This document shows, one piece after another, positions 13,160-26,374 of a stretch of DNA of 64,000 nt. The notes beneath the pieces were generated by a model. The model was not told the origin of the DNA. It saw nothing but the letters and a program-made list of their open reading frames with translations, and made no database searches. Position numbers and translations under genes: made by a program. Every line of letters begins with the position of its first letter. Positions within the stretch are counted from its first letter, which is position 1. The DNA comes from Chrysemys picta bellii (Eukaryota): assembly GCF_011386835.1 (NCBI RefSeq), contig NC_088792.1, positions 107,074,001-107,138,000 on the forward strand, written 5' to 3'.

Positions 13160-13410
13160 AGCAAAAAGTTAGGTCGACCCACTAGGTTGCTCAGTCCAAC
13201 CCCCTGAGCAATGTAGTTAAATCGACCTATCCCCTGGTGTAGACAATGCTAGGTCAACAGACGAGTTCTTCTGTCAACCTAGCTAGCACCTCTCACAGGT
13301 GGATTACCTACACTCACAGGAGAACCCCTCCTGTCAGCATAGATAGTGTGTACACTGAAGTGTTACAGCAGCTGTGTTGCTGTAACATTTCAAGTTTAGA
13401 CAAGCTCTTA
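13160..13410. mobile_element. Fragment of a GTGTAGAC-type MITE
   Basis: gtcgaccc...ggtgtagacaatgctaggtcaac...aagtttagacaagctctta; the left end is not resolved. Confidence 0.45.
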
Positions 13411-14289
13411 AATTGTGATATGTATCAAGTTCTGCTTCTTTTGGAAAACTTGGTGCAACAAAAGCCAGGAAGTTCTGTATCTATACATTCTTTGCAGAAA
13501 GCAGCTTCACACAGATGCACCTATATCCACTGTGAATATTTTCATATCTGACAATGATTTCGTATCTCTTTTATTATATATTGTGACTTGCATTATTTAA
13601 AAATTCACACTAAATGCCCTTGTGTTATTTTCTTATTCTTCAATGTGCCTGCAAAATAAATTCAGATAGAAACAGAGGAGGCAAGGAACTGCATTTGTGC
13701 AACACTGTGCCCCTGGGCGGGTCACTGTTAGGGAGATTCAAACCTGGAGTTCCTGTACTAAAAGCATGAGCCTTTGCTACCAGTCTTAGGGCACGTCTAC
13801 AATACAAAATGAAGTTGATTTAAGTTAAGTTGACATATAGCCACCACAGTATTAAAGCGGTGGTTCATGTCCACACTGTGCTCAGTCTGTCAGCAGTGCA
13901 CGTCCTCACCTGGAGCGCTTCCATCCACTGAAGTGGGGCATTGTGGGGCACTGACAGCTGGAGCCCTGCCGCTGCCCTGGGGCTGACAGCCTCAGCTGTA
14001 CGTATGGGGCTCATAGTTGCCCCACCCCAATTGTCAGCACCTGGCCGGGGGAAGAGCAGCCTTGAGCCTGTCATCTGGGGCTAACGGCCAATATGCCGAG
14101 CTAAGTAACACAGTGTCTACTGCATGCTGTAACTACACTGACACTAGCACTAGCACTATGCCTCGCGTGGCGGTATTATGTCGGTGTAGCAGTCCACTTA
14201 CTTCAGCAGAAGCAGCATTCTACTGTAGACACTGACACAATTAGGTCGACGTATGCTGCCTTACATCAACCTAACCCTGTAGTGTAGAC

Positions 14290-15364
14290 CAGTGGTTCTC
14301 AACCAGGGGTATGTGTTGGGGACATCAGAGGTCCATCAACTCATCTAGATATTCGCCTAGTTTTACAAAAGCCTACTGTGGCGGGGCGAGGACTCACTGG
14401 TGCGGCGCCTCCTGCTGGTCGTCCAGGAAATTAGCTCTTCCAGCCCAGAGCGCCCTCTGCAGGCTGGTGTCTCACCTACCACTGGCCCCCATCTCCCTTC
14501 CGGACCCGGTGCCCTTTGTCCAGGGATTCTGCCGACCACAGTACCCCTGAACTCTGGGTCTCCCCTCCCAGGGGAACCCTCAACCCCCTATCCCCATCTT
14601 GTCTCAGTGGCTACTGTCAGTCTCCATTTAGCCCCCCCCGCTCACTGGGGCAGACGGCAGTCTGTAAACCACTCATCATCGACAGGGGGGGTTGGACTAG
14701 CTGCCTCTGCCTATCTCTGGGCTGCCTCTCTGCAGCCCTAGTACCCTTTTGTGGGCCCTTAACTTGGCCTGCAGCCTGGGGCTTTGCTAGGCTGGAGCTC
14801 CCCAGCTACCTCTGCCCTTCCCCAGCACTGCTCCACCTTAGGTACCCTCCTCAGCTTCCCAAGCAGCCAGGTCCTTCTCTCTCTAGGAAGCTAGAGAGAG
14901 TGTGTCTTTCAGTCTCTGGCCCTCAGCCCTCTTATAGGGCCAGCTGTGGCTGCTTCTCCCAATCAGCCTAGCATTTCTCCACCACAGCCCTCTCCAGGTC
15001 TGCTTTAACCCCCTCAGGGCAGGGCAGGAGCCGGGTGACCGCCACGCTACACCTACATAAAAAGCACTAGTAAAGTCAATACAAACTAAATGTTTATACA
15101 GACAATGACTTGTTTATACTGCTGCATATACTGTACACTGAAATGTAAGTACAATATTTATATTCCAATTGATTTATTTTATAACTATATGGCAAAAATG
15201 AGAAAATAAGCAATTTTTCATTAGTAGTGTCTTGTGACCCTTTTGTATTTTTATGTCTGATTTTGTAAGCAAGTAGTTTTTAAGTGAGGTGAAAGTTGGG
15301 AGTACGCAAGACAAATCAGGCGCCTGAAAGGGGTACAGTAGTTTAGAAAGGTTGAGAGCCACTG
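14290..15364. mobile_element. hAT (Charlie-like) non-autonomous element
   Basis: TIRs cagtggttctcaacc / ggttgagagccactg; perfect 8-bp TSD gtgtagac (14282-14289, 15365-15372). Confidence 0.88.
14377..15046. mobile_element. Probable solo LTR nested in the hAT element
   Basis: Begins tgtggcgg, ends ccgccacg (inverted termini; expected terminal CA reads CG); 4-bp TSD ctac (14373-14376, 15047-15050); 670 bp; no ORF. Confidence 0.65.
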
Positions 15365-15381
15365 GTGTAGACCAAGCCTTA

Positions 15382-15580
15382 GAAAGCTCACCTTGAATGG
15401 TCTCTTAGAATGTGTGCTAACTGCTTATGCTAAACCATCTGTTCAATCTTGTATTTAGCTGGGACACTCTGAGTGCCTTTCCCAGACCTGAAGAAGAGCT
15501 TTGTGTAAACTCGAAAGCTTGTCTGTCTCACCAACAGAAATTGGTCCAATAAAGATATTATATCACCCACCTTGTCTCTT
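15382..15580 (+). mobile_element. Penelope-like element terminal (pLTR) fragment
   Basis: Contains the hammerhead motif and the tail ttggtccaataaagatatt...cccaccttgtctct, shared with the copy at 40.0-40.2 kb. PLE assignment rests on known PLE-hammerhead association. Confidence 0.65.
15483..15525 (+). ncRNA. Candidate minimal type-I hammerhead ribozyme
   Basis: Stem I CAGAC/GUCUG; core CUGAAGA; extra A; stem II GAG(c)UU..AA(a)CUC; GAA; palindromic AGCU as stem III; U17. Confidence 0.6.
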
Positions 15581-17854
15581 ATAAATCTCAGGTCTGTTAG
15601 CACCTATAAGTAGCACTTGATCAATGTCTCTGTCTGATAAAACTTTTCTCCCTTCCACAGTGCATAATTTTATTGATACTTCAGGTGAACGCCCAACAGG
15701 CAGCAGATAAACTACTTGGATTCAAAAACCCTCTAGTTTAGATCCAGAGCAGAACTGTGCAGATTAGTCCCATTGAACTGGTTATAAAGCCCTCTAGAAC
15801 CTAACTACTTAGGCCCTGCTTCAGCAAAGCTGGATGCATGCTTAATAGATTTAAATAGGAATATTCTCATGCCTAAGTACCTTTTTGAATTGGGACCTTA
15901 GGTCTGATCATTGTTCTATGTGCAAAATAGTTTCCCACCTCCTAGCCCCCATCTGCTTTTGTTGGACTTTACCAGATCAGCTACACTGCTGCAACAGAAT
16001 TCTTGGGTGCTTTCTCTTCTTGGTGTGGTGGGGATTTCTTGGATCATCAGATGTTAATAGGAGGCTGTGCATAAATCCCCACAGTCCTGGAGGAATAGAG
16101 ACCCATTTTGTGGACATACAGAAAGTGGCTTTTTATGTCCACTCATTTGCATTCACTATGCACCAACTTGCATGTTGTAATTACAATTCCACATGAAAAT
16201 GCCAATCTGGTTGCATGACACAATAAGCGAAGGGCAACTTTATTCATCCGTTAAGAGAATGTGGAAGCAGGGATATTTTGCCCATCAACTATCATACTGA
16301 CGTGCTTCTTCTGTGAACTCTAGCTCAGGTTTTGCATTTGCAGTGGAAGGAAATGGCAGCCTCAGATCACCAGATGGGTGGAGCTCACCAGAGTGGTTGT
16401 CCTGTTGGAGATAGCTTATCTGAAGGAGCCTGTGTGTCTGGAATCATGTATATTTGAGTAAAAGCCAAAATTGGGGTAGGGAACAAGTTGATTCCAAAGG
16501 CTGATTATCTAGGAACCTTGAGTAGAGGGAGTGGTTGAGTTTACTTCAGAAGGATGCATCAGGAATCATCCTTATCCCACATGCCCAGTTTGCTGCAGTT
16601 GCAGGGGGCCTCAAGGCATTGGTGGATCTTAGTGCTAACTTTTCTTCTTTTTTTCCTTTTTCCTTTTAAAATCCATCTGAGAACTAGATGAGTCTGAGCA
16701 GCTGCCCAATTATTATGAAGTACCTGCAGTTTCATGCATAGTCTCTTCTTTGCCATTTTGAAATTTGTGGTACAGTAAACGACTCACAAACAGGTGGTTG
16801 TGAAGGAAAGTCGACCTATTCTGTCACTAGGTTTACTCATCTCTTTCAGGGGTTAGCTTATATTTGTCTTACTGGTTCTGCTGTTCCTTGGTACACTGAA
16901 TTCTTCAACAGGTTGAATCCTTTTCTGATGAAAGTGCTGTACTGGAATTTGTTCAGGTTGGTTTATAGCAGGTGGTTGTTGTTGCTTCTAGGGGGTTTGG
17001 GGGCTTTTTAAAAAATAGTTCTTTTATCCATGCGAATAGTGTATTTTAAAGTCCAAATTTTTAGCCAACCATAAATGGCATCTAGTTTTTTTTATTATTT
17101 CCCACATGCAGCCCTGGCACCTCTAAACTTGGCAGTTCATAGCCCTGGCACCTCTGGGCTTGCTGCATCAGTTATAAAAGTAAAAAAAATGCTTGAGCTC
17201 TGGCACCTCGTTTATCAAAAATTAAGCACTTTACACATGTAAGTATCACATATGCATGTGCCAGTTGGTACTTGTACATGCAAGTGCAATAACTGCACGT
17301 GCAAAATCACAGGTCACTTTTAAAACGATTTGGCCTCATCTCCTTTTTTCTGGAGTTCAAGAACCAGTCAGTTTGGATAAGTCCAGCACGGCCATATTGT
17401 GTCCCTCAAACTGGTAACCTGGACCAATCCCATTAAAAAAAAGGTGCAGATAAGCAAACTCACAAATTTCTTTACTTTCTCCTTGAAGTGAGTGACTGAA
17501 GCTATTATTAATTATTGTTATTAACCTCATTATTATCATTATTAACTTCTGCCCAGACCTTTTTAAAGATATTTCACAGCTCCATGGAGAAAGCTTTAAA
17601 AAGGCATGGGGGCGATGGGAGGGGCAAGAGTTATTAATAAAAAAGTCAAACTAGAGAATAAACTTAATTCATTATTTTACAAGCCAGCCCATGAATTTTG
17701 TATCTTTGAAAATCATTCTGTGGACAAACACCTCCCCTGTATGTCTTGAAGTTCTGTGAATTGTTTCCTCCCTTTGGCCTTTAATACCAAGGATATTTCT
17801 GAGGCATTCATAAACCCAGCTGCTTCTTCCCCACCTGTAGCACTACTCCTCTTT

Positions 17855-18153
17855 GGGTATGTCTACACTACCCGCCGGATCTGCGGGCAGCGATCGATCC
17901 AGCTGGAGGTCGATTTATCTTGTCTAGTCTAGACACGATAAATCGACCCCTGAGCGCTCTCCCATCGGCTCCTGTACTCCACAGCTGCCAGAGGCGCAGG
18001 CGGAGTCGACGAGGGAGCGGCAGCAGCTGACTCACTGAGGTGAAGACACCATGGTAAGTCGATCTAAGTACGTCGACTTCAGCTACGTTATTAACTTAGC
18101 TGAAGTTGCGTAACTTAGATCGACACCCCCCACCCCCCAGTGCAGACCAGGCC
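17855..18153. mobile_element. Harbinger-like MITE, CpG-rich (relatively young)
   Basis: Ends gggtatgtctacact / agtgcagaccaggcc; internal palindromes such as gtcgatttatc...gataaatcgac. Confidence 0.7.
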
Positions 18154-18794
18154 TTTGTGACAGCAAAATTGTTTCCACGGCAACTCGTTGTGATGTCACA
18201 AGCTAAGGGATTGTGACTTCAGGTGGGTAATTAGCATCACAATCTGAATCAAAAACCCTCCCCACTTAAAAAAACAAAACAAAACAAAACCCACCACATC
18301 TGATTTTATTTGAAAGTCTTTATATAATAAAATAATGTGAATTACTGAAAATATTATATTTAGGCAGATTTTTACCAGGGTAAATGAGAGCAAAGTTTCG
18401 CTCCATGTGTTGTCTCAAAGCTTGGATTGGTTTTCTTGTTTATTTTTTAAATAATAAATAATAATCTGTTCCTGTCTTCTTCAGCAGTATTGTCTGTAAT
18501 TTGCTAGCAAGGATGGTATTAAAGATTTTATTCTTTTCAGCACAACATTTTAAATCCAGTATTCAAATCAATTGGCTCTTGTTGCAGCTTTATCCATCCA
18601 CCGCTTGAACAATTATAGTATCCTTCATGCAAAAATCTTGCTGTACTGTAAATTAAAACATCGATTGATAGAAGCAGAATACTTCCAACTTCCCTTAAAA
18701 TATCAAATTAAAACAAAACTTGCACACACAAAAAATAACCCAAACACTCAAAAGGACCTTTCCTTTGCTATTGACTTCTAGGACCCTGTGAGGT

Positions 18795-18937
18795 GGGAGG
18801 GTCTCAGAATCTGGGCTGCAGCCTGAGCCCAGACATCTACACCGCAATTAAACAGCGCCTGATCCCGAGCCCCGCGAGCTTGAGTCAGCTGGCACAGGCC
18901 AGCTGCAGGGTTTTAACTGCAGTGTAAAAATACCCTT
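18795..18937. mobile_element. Right-end fragment of a GTGTAGAC-type MITE
   Basis: tctcagaatctgggctgcagcctgagcccagacatctacacc...gcagtgtaaaaataccctta. Confidence 0.45.
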
Positions 18938-18959
18938 ATGTATCATAAGATGAAGATTC

Positions 18960-19420
18960 CCTAGTGGGATTTTCAAAAAGTGCCTAAGCAAGGTAAGCCC
19001 TTAAGTCCCATTCAAATCAGTGTGACTTAGGCACCTAACTTGCTTAGGCACTTTTGAGTATCTCACTAGGCATCTATTTGCATCTTTAGGCACTTAAATG
19101 CCATTGCAAATCTAGCTCTGCAGTCATAAACTCCTTGGAATATCAACTGAAGAGAATAAGGGCAAAATTTTCAAAAGCACTTAAGTGATTCAGGAGGCTT
19201 AGTCCCAGTTTCAAAAGTGACTTCAATACTTAGGGCCAGATTTTCAAATCTATTTAGGCACTTCAAGATGCAGCTAGTTGCCTAATTCCCATTGAATAAT
19301 TCCCACCTAACTCTCCTAAATAGTTTTGAAAAAATGGCCTGTAAGACCCTTTGACTTTCAATGAGTCTTAGGCTCCTAAACCCCTAAGTCACATAGGGGC
19401 TCTTGAAAATTTTGCCTTGA
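18960..19420. repeat. Cluster of 'ttttcaaaag...ttaggcacct' palindromic interspersed repeats
   Basis: The same motifs recur near 870-1020, 5530-5590, 31710-31780 and 54250-55490. Family not identified. Confidence 0.6.
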
Positions 19421-20308
19421 GTCTTTAGGCTAGAGTCAAGCCATTCTAAGAACTGATGCACAGACTCCCAGGGAAAGGAAGCATATAAAAAAGGCAGTTC
19501 CTTCTCCCAGCAAAAAAATGTAGCTTTCTTTATATGTGGGTTTCATAAAGGGACTTCAGAGCTAGACTGGAAACTATAATCCAGCGTGTGGTAAAACAGA
19601 CATTTACTGGATTGAGACAGTCATAGTATATAAACAGTAGGATTTACTGTTTCACCAGAAGTCAGTTAAGTTCTCTGAGAAATGGCCCGTTGATCTTGCC
19701 TGACTATATTTCAGCAAATTGCTCAGTAAGAACTCTTTTTGCCTCAGATTTCCACCTATTAAATTATACTGCATCCCATGAACACAGAGTCAAGATTTCT
19801 GAGTCGATTCCTTACAACAAGCAGCTGCACAGTAAGGATGCTTTGAACTGAGGCACTGTGTCTGCTGGGATTCTGCAGCTTCATGGCTTGTGGCTTGGGA
19901 GAGGGAAAAGGAGGAGAGAAGAAAACAAAAGAGGAGAGTGTGGGTGTTTCCTTTCCCTTCCTGTGACAAAATCCTGAACACCCTGAACTCAACTGCCAAA
20001 TCCTCTATCAGCCATTAAGAGCCTCCTGTTTCCCAAGCAACCCACTGTGGTCTCTCTCTCCCTTCTTCCCAGCTGTCAAATCTTCATTCATGACAAAACC
20101 CCTAATTTCTCACTCCATGTTGACCAGCTCCTCCCAGGGGATCACGGGGTGGTTAGGCACATGAATACCTTTGAGGATCTGGGCCCAAATCCTCTTCTCA
20201 AGAGGCCAAAAATAACCAAACCTCTCCACCAGCCTTCCCCATAACAATATGAAATGGTCTCTGTGTAGCAAAAGCCCTGATTTCCTCCTCCAAACCAACA
20301 AGAATCCT

Positions 20309-20454
20309 NNNNNNNNNNNNNNNNNNNNNNNNNNNNNNNNNNNNNNNNNNNNNNNNNNNNNNNNNNNNNNNNNNNNNNNNNNNNNNNNNNNNNNNNNNNN
20401 NNNNNNNNNNNNNNNNNNNNNNNNNNNNNNNNNNNNNNNNNNNNNNNNNNNNNN
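20309..20454. other. Assembly gap (146 N)
   Basis: Run of n in the sequence. Confidence 1.
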
Positions 20455-21636
20455 ATCTGCAAATCCCTCTGTCTTCCCATAATACTTGCTATGCTGTAGT
20501 TACATATTGCTCATGCCAAGGCCCCTGTGCACTGCACAGAAAGCTTGGCCTGTAACTTCTTCCACTAGCTTCTTGGATTTCTGCTGCACTCTGGTGCAGC
20601 AGACTGGAAATCTTGCAACAGCATCGTTTCAGTTTAAAAACTGAGGTTTTGTTGAAACACTTGTGAAAAGTAATAGAATAATAATTACATTAGCCCTGCT
20701 CATATATTTTGATATTAAATGCAATTTGCTCTCTGTCCTTATATCTGCAGTTTCCAATGTGGTGCAGGTTGATATTACCTACTTGTATTGTGGAAATAGT
20801 CGGGGAGATAGGAAGATGAAGGATTTTGTACGTGGTTAGGAGACAGGCGCTTTGGACACGGGAGGAACCATGAGAGGAAGCTGGGGATTGTGGAAGACGT
20901 ACATTAGATAGATGGTTCTCTTAAAATCATCGTCTCTTAAAATCTGCAAGAGCCTCTTTTACCTTTCAGTTGCCTTTCCTGCAATTGTCTTTTGGCATTT
21001 ATCACATCATTCTTGGGGGACTTGGTAGTTCAGTCACATTGGTGCAATATATGCATTCATCACAGTGAAAGTGGATTCTGATTTAACCTCCTATGTATCT
21101 GGAGCTTAATTCACCACCACATTAGTCCAGTGTTTTGCTGGTGTAATTCAATGGCATTACATCAGCATAAAAATGAGGTATCACAGTGATGAATCAGGCC
21201 CAACCTGTATAGGAGCTTAAAAGGTCATCTCTAACCAAATTTAAGCATATTAATTAAAAGAATAATAGCTTGACTGGGTTAAAAGGGCTAGGTTTTCATA
21301 ATAATAATAGATCATATAGTTTATAGTGTGCATTGGTTAGCTTATCTGTACAATACTGGGCAATTTCATGTTTTGTTGTCTGAAAAACACAAAGTATCAA
21401 ATATTTATTGTTGCATCAATAAATCTGAAATACAAATCCTGGTCCCTGAGAGACTTGTCACATCATCTGAGCACTAGAAATACCTCCATAGAAGGGAAGC
21501 AGATCATACAAGTCTCATCTTCCAACAGAAACAGAAAATGATGATATTTAATCCAATCCAAGTATAAAGCTTCAGACAAAACTTTAAAAACTGACGCCAT
21601 GCCACTGATCACAATTAAAAAAAATCTGCTTTAATA

Positions 21637-21824
21637 CACCTCTACCCCAGTATAATGCTGTCCTCAGGAGCCAAAAAATCTTACTGCGTTATAGGTGAAA
21701 CCGAGTTATATCGAACTCGCTTTGATCCGCCAGAGTGCGCAGCCCCGCCCCCCCGGAGCGCTGCTTTACCGCGTTAAGTCCAAATTCGTGTTCTATCGGG
21801 TCGTGTTATATCGGGGTAGAGGTG
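21637..21824. mobile_element. Tc1/mariner-Tigger-like MITE
   Basis: TIRs cacctctaccccagtataa / ttatatcggggtagaggtg; flanked by TA on both sides (21635-21636, 21825-21826). Confidence 0.8.
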
Positions 21825-22215
21825 TACATTTAAACGGATTTCCTTTTCCTCCTCCCACCATGTTAAACACTCTCCCATTTCCACTTGTTTTATTCCCCAT
21901 TCCTGCTCTAACACATCCAGGCTCCTGTTGAATACATTGATGCTCTATACCTCCATGGCTATTTTCAGTAATTAAAGTACTCTGAAAAGTTACTCTATAA
22001 AAATGTGCTCCATTTACTTGTGCAGAGATCTATTTTCCTAACAGCCAGACCTGTAAATTCCCTCTGAGATGTTAGAGACAAGCTGGGTTCTTTCCTTCTC
22101 TCACATCTTCCCCAGTAATAAAAGTTCTGCAAGTCAAATTAGGCCCTCAGGAACAGTGGCCTGTGCAACTCTATTATAATAAATGGGGCTGCATAGGTGC
22201 AGCTGATTGGAATTA

Positions 22216-22450
22216 GGCCTTGTCTTTGTTGGATTTTTTAGCCACCAGTGTAGCTAAACCAAAGCAGGTGCACCACTACAAAAGCCATAGTAGAAGCATT
22301 GCATTGGTTTATACTGTTATCTGTCCCCGTGCAGCTCACCTCAGGTTGCCACAATTCAGTACAATATGTCTGCACTAGGTATATGCATCAGTGCAGCTAC
22401 ACTAGACTATTGAGCTACACTGGTGGTGAAAAACCCGTGTAGACAAGGCC
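22216..22450. mobile_element. Harbinger-like MITE
   Basis: Ends ggccttgtct / agacaaggcc; flanked by tta / tca. Confidence 0.6.
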
Positions 22451-22523
22451 TCAATAAAAAAAAAAGCATGATGATGATGATGTGCAAGAAGGAATAGAAT
22501 CCAGCACCCTCTCTTTCCACTGT

Positions 22524-22830
22524 GAGCTTGTCTACGTGGTGTATAGTCTGCCCCAACAGCAGGGTAAATTCTAATGTGCACCAGCATGTCTGTGCATTAA
22601 CTGGCCTTTTGAGCATTGAATGACCTGTGTGGGCCCTGCTGGGGCATAGTAAAAGCTCCCTTGTGCACATTAATATAGTTCCATTTCAAACAGAACTATA
22701 TTAATGCACACTAGGGAACTTTTCATGCTCATTAGCAGGGTCCCCACAGGCCAGTTAGTGCACGACATGCAGGTGTGCACTAGAACTTATACACCTCTGT
22801 TGCAGACTAATGCACCATGTAGACAAACCC
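22524..22830. mobile_element. Harbinger-like MITE
   Basis: Ends gagcttgtctac / gtagacaaaccc followed by tta. Confidence 0.55.
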
Positions 22831-23437
22831 TTAGTTAACTCTGCAGGGTTAACAGAAGAGAAAAAAGCAAAAAAACACTCATTTTTGTCACTAAAGTAAA
22901 TAGAGATGATTGAATACAAACAAGGGACAGTTCTCTGGAGTGGAAAAAACTGTTGGATCATGCCTCTATAATGCAGTTCTCTTGAAGACAAAGGCAGAGA
23001 CTTGCAAAGAGGCTCAGGCAGTTGCGTGTCCATCTCCTCTTGCCTTTCAATGACTTTCCCTTGAAAATTCTAATCAAAGTTCCTGTTGGCTTCAGTGGGA
23101 ATTTTACCTGCACTAGACCTGCAGAAACTGGTGCTATCAAGGAAGGAAAAATTCAGAGAAGTCTTGAGGTTTCACAAAACATCAGAGAACTTAGGAACTC
23201 TGGAAAAACAGCATTTTTCAAAGGGAAATTACTGTGCATGTACATGAGGATTCCCCTTCTAGCTATCATTCTGCTGTCCTTCCTTTATATTGTGTTTTTT
23301 TCTGTGCTATGTCTGTGGTGATAGTTCTGCCTCTCTTTTAGGTAAGCAATGTCTTTTGTAGCAATAATATCATCTTCTTTGACTTTTACTGCTAGCAGTA
23401 CTACAACCCAGCATTCTGTTTGCCTTCTTTGTTGCAG

Positions 23438-23497
23438 CTACATATGGGGCTGAAGGCTTTAGAGATTTTCACGCAATAATTCCCAAATCTTTTTCCC
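23438..23497 (+). CDS. IKZF1: IKZF1 optional in-frame 60-nt exon (exon 3B / IK-H-type insert), ATYGAEGFRDFHAIIPKSFS
   Basis: Acceptor ttctttgttgcag, exactly 60 nt, donor gtaagt, phase 1/1. The peptide closely resembles the human Ikaros insert VTYGADDFRDFHAIIPKSFS (recalled). Confidence 0.88.
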
Positions 23498-25729
23498 GTA
23501 AGTATACAGTGTGCTCTCAATTCACTGAAGGGCATGTCCATCTAGCACTTTTATTTTTTCCGTCACTTCAGTGCTCACTAATTTACATTTGTCTGCATTT
23601 AATTACATATACTGTGTAAGGACTTAAAGAGTCTAATCCTTTTTGTATCCCCACATTAAGTTTTTGTCTTAGTAGATACAAATGTTTTAAAAGTCACATT
23701 TGGCTGGGTCTGCTAATACAGAAGAATTTGTAATTTTTGATAAATAAGACTAACTTTGTTCAATAATTTATTTCTACAAGCAAGAGAAAAAGGCTGATGC
23801 AAGATTGGCTGAAAACAGTCATGTGACAAGACAGTACATGTCTATTAACCAACTGGGTCACATTTGCAAATGAGTGCTTCCTGACTGCCACTGAGTTTAG
23901 AGAAAACTACTGATCACTTCTGAGCCAGTCATGTAGTATATAAATATGTTGTGTTTTTTAAATTGCTAAGAGGTGAGTGGTATTTTTTTCTGGACCTCTG
24001 AATTTTTCTCCTCGTTAAGAGGAAAGCTGGAGAGGAAATGTGTGCACTTGTCCCAGACTTAGGTTGCATATACAATAGAAATGCTTTATCTTAAAAACAC
24101 ATTAAAAATATCTAGATTGACCCTATAGACCTATAAAAGATATACAACCCACCAGTGCTAAAACTAAACTCCTTTGTCCTCAACTTTTATCCTGTAGCAA
24201 TACATATATTGGGCCAAATTTTACCATCAATTACATCTGTGCAATCCCACTGGAATCGTTTTACTTCAGTGCAATTGTTGGGTGTAACAGAGATCAGAGT
24301 TTGGTGAACTGATTTCATGTTTAGAAGAACATCAAGATTCACTTATTGACTTTGGCTTAATATATGTCATTGTTGCATCATCTTTTATGTCTCTTGTCGA
24401 TATGAAATCATTGTTATTACAATGGAAGAAAATCCTGGTTCTGGATTGGGTGAAAATAGGTATGTGCTCAGTCAATCATTTACATTTTTTCATTGCTTTA
24501 ATTTTGCTGATAAAAATAAAAGTTTTTGGAAAAAAACCTCAATTGTAACAATCATTTTCAATTTAAGAAAGGGCTGTTTTTCAACAACAAATAAAATTCA
24601 TTTGAAAAATTTTGACCAGCTGTAGTATCAAGGAAAAAGATGAAAAGGTTATTAGTCCACATTCAACATAATACAACCTCTGTGCATGGGTAAAGAGTGA
24701 ATAATGGAGTTATCATAATTGACTACAGGCCTCCCCCGTACTTAGTTAATTCTCAGAGGTTTCAGGTCTTTGCTGTGTTCACATAAGATAACAGTCACCT
24801 ATGCAGCAGCTGCCAAAGGCAGTTATCAGACACAAAAATGTTACCTGTAGTTTATTCATATAAACAAGAGAAAAATTATGTTATGTAATTCAAACAGTAG
24901 TACCTTTTTTACCCTTATTACCTGAATAATTACACAGTTTCACATGCATTAAAGAAGGGACATAAGATAAACAGGAAGAAGCAGATTTTCTGACGCAGTT
25001 CTTTTAAAGGTTTATAATGCCAACCCATTCTCTCATCCACTCAGCCTGCATGGAGAATACAAAGACTATGTTTTAGTATGGGACCACTCCATTCAGCCAC
25101 CAGTTCCTGTATCTAGTCTAAACCATTCCCCCATATTCTCCTGCTGACTTGGCCCCCTTCTCACCACTTGTCCTTGGTTCTAGAGACCGTCTCCTGTCAC
25201 CCAGTAGCATTCAGTCATGCTGTCCCAAGTGCATGAGTCCTACTCCTTTTACTTCAACCACAGTTTCAGTCCCAGAGGCCTCAGCCTGTTCCTTCTCACT
25301 CCTTGGTTTCTTCATCTGTGCCTGAGTCCTCTTCTTTCCCACTGCCATGCTGTCTCCTTCCATAGTGACAAATAATCAATCAGTATGTGGATTCAAGATA
25401 AGTGCAATCCTCAATCTCTTCCTATTCGCCGAAGAAGAGGTGTCTTGGTAAGGCTATTGCTGGAGAGTGGCAAATGTATTTTTTAATGGCACCCATTGTC
25501 TTTGATGGGTACTTATTTTCACCATTTGGTGTCCAAACAATATGGATTCATAATTACTCTCCTTCCAGTTCCTTTGGATTGATGATGCAGATATTACAGC
25601 TGCAGAAATCAGAAAGACTTAATCATCTTGTGTTTGGTTACTGGTATCCATTACCCATTATTCCATATGTCACAGAACTCACCACGTTGCACATAAAAAT
25701 GTCTCCATATCACTGGTTTCTGTGCGTAG

Positions 25730-26149
<420 letters not shown>

Positions 26150-26374
26150 TAGGAAAAGACTTATTTTATGAGTGTTGGGAGCATGTTCTCTTTTGTATGT
26201 CAATGCAGCTTCCTTAAGCATTTGAAACTGTGTTACTGAGCCATTCCATTCTGAATTCGAAATGAAGCAAGATTCCTCCTACAGTCAATTGACTCCATCC
26301 CAGAAAGTCTGAAATTGAAAAGGAACCCATGGTTTAAGGGTTCAGCACTAACATATGCTGACTATCATATAACT

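Larger units (their letters stand above)
13789..15378. mobile_element. Harbinger-like MITE interrupted in its right TIR by a hAT element
   Basis: Ends gggcacgtctac / gtgtagaccaagcc; TTA on both sides (13786-13788, 15379-15381), consistent with a PIF/Harbinger TWA target. Confidence 0.75.

Noticed and set aside
21061-21090. CACAGTG heptamers as cryptic RAG signals, by analogy to human IKZF1 deletions
   Set aside because: I found no good nonamer at 12 or 23 spacing, and the heptamer count is compatible with chance.
1-23400. IKZF1 exons 2-3 (start codon, PEDLS motif)
   Set aside because: No matching sequence was found by eye; they are presumed upstream of the window.
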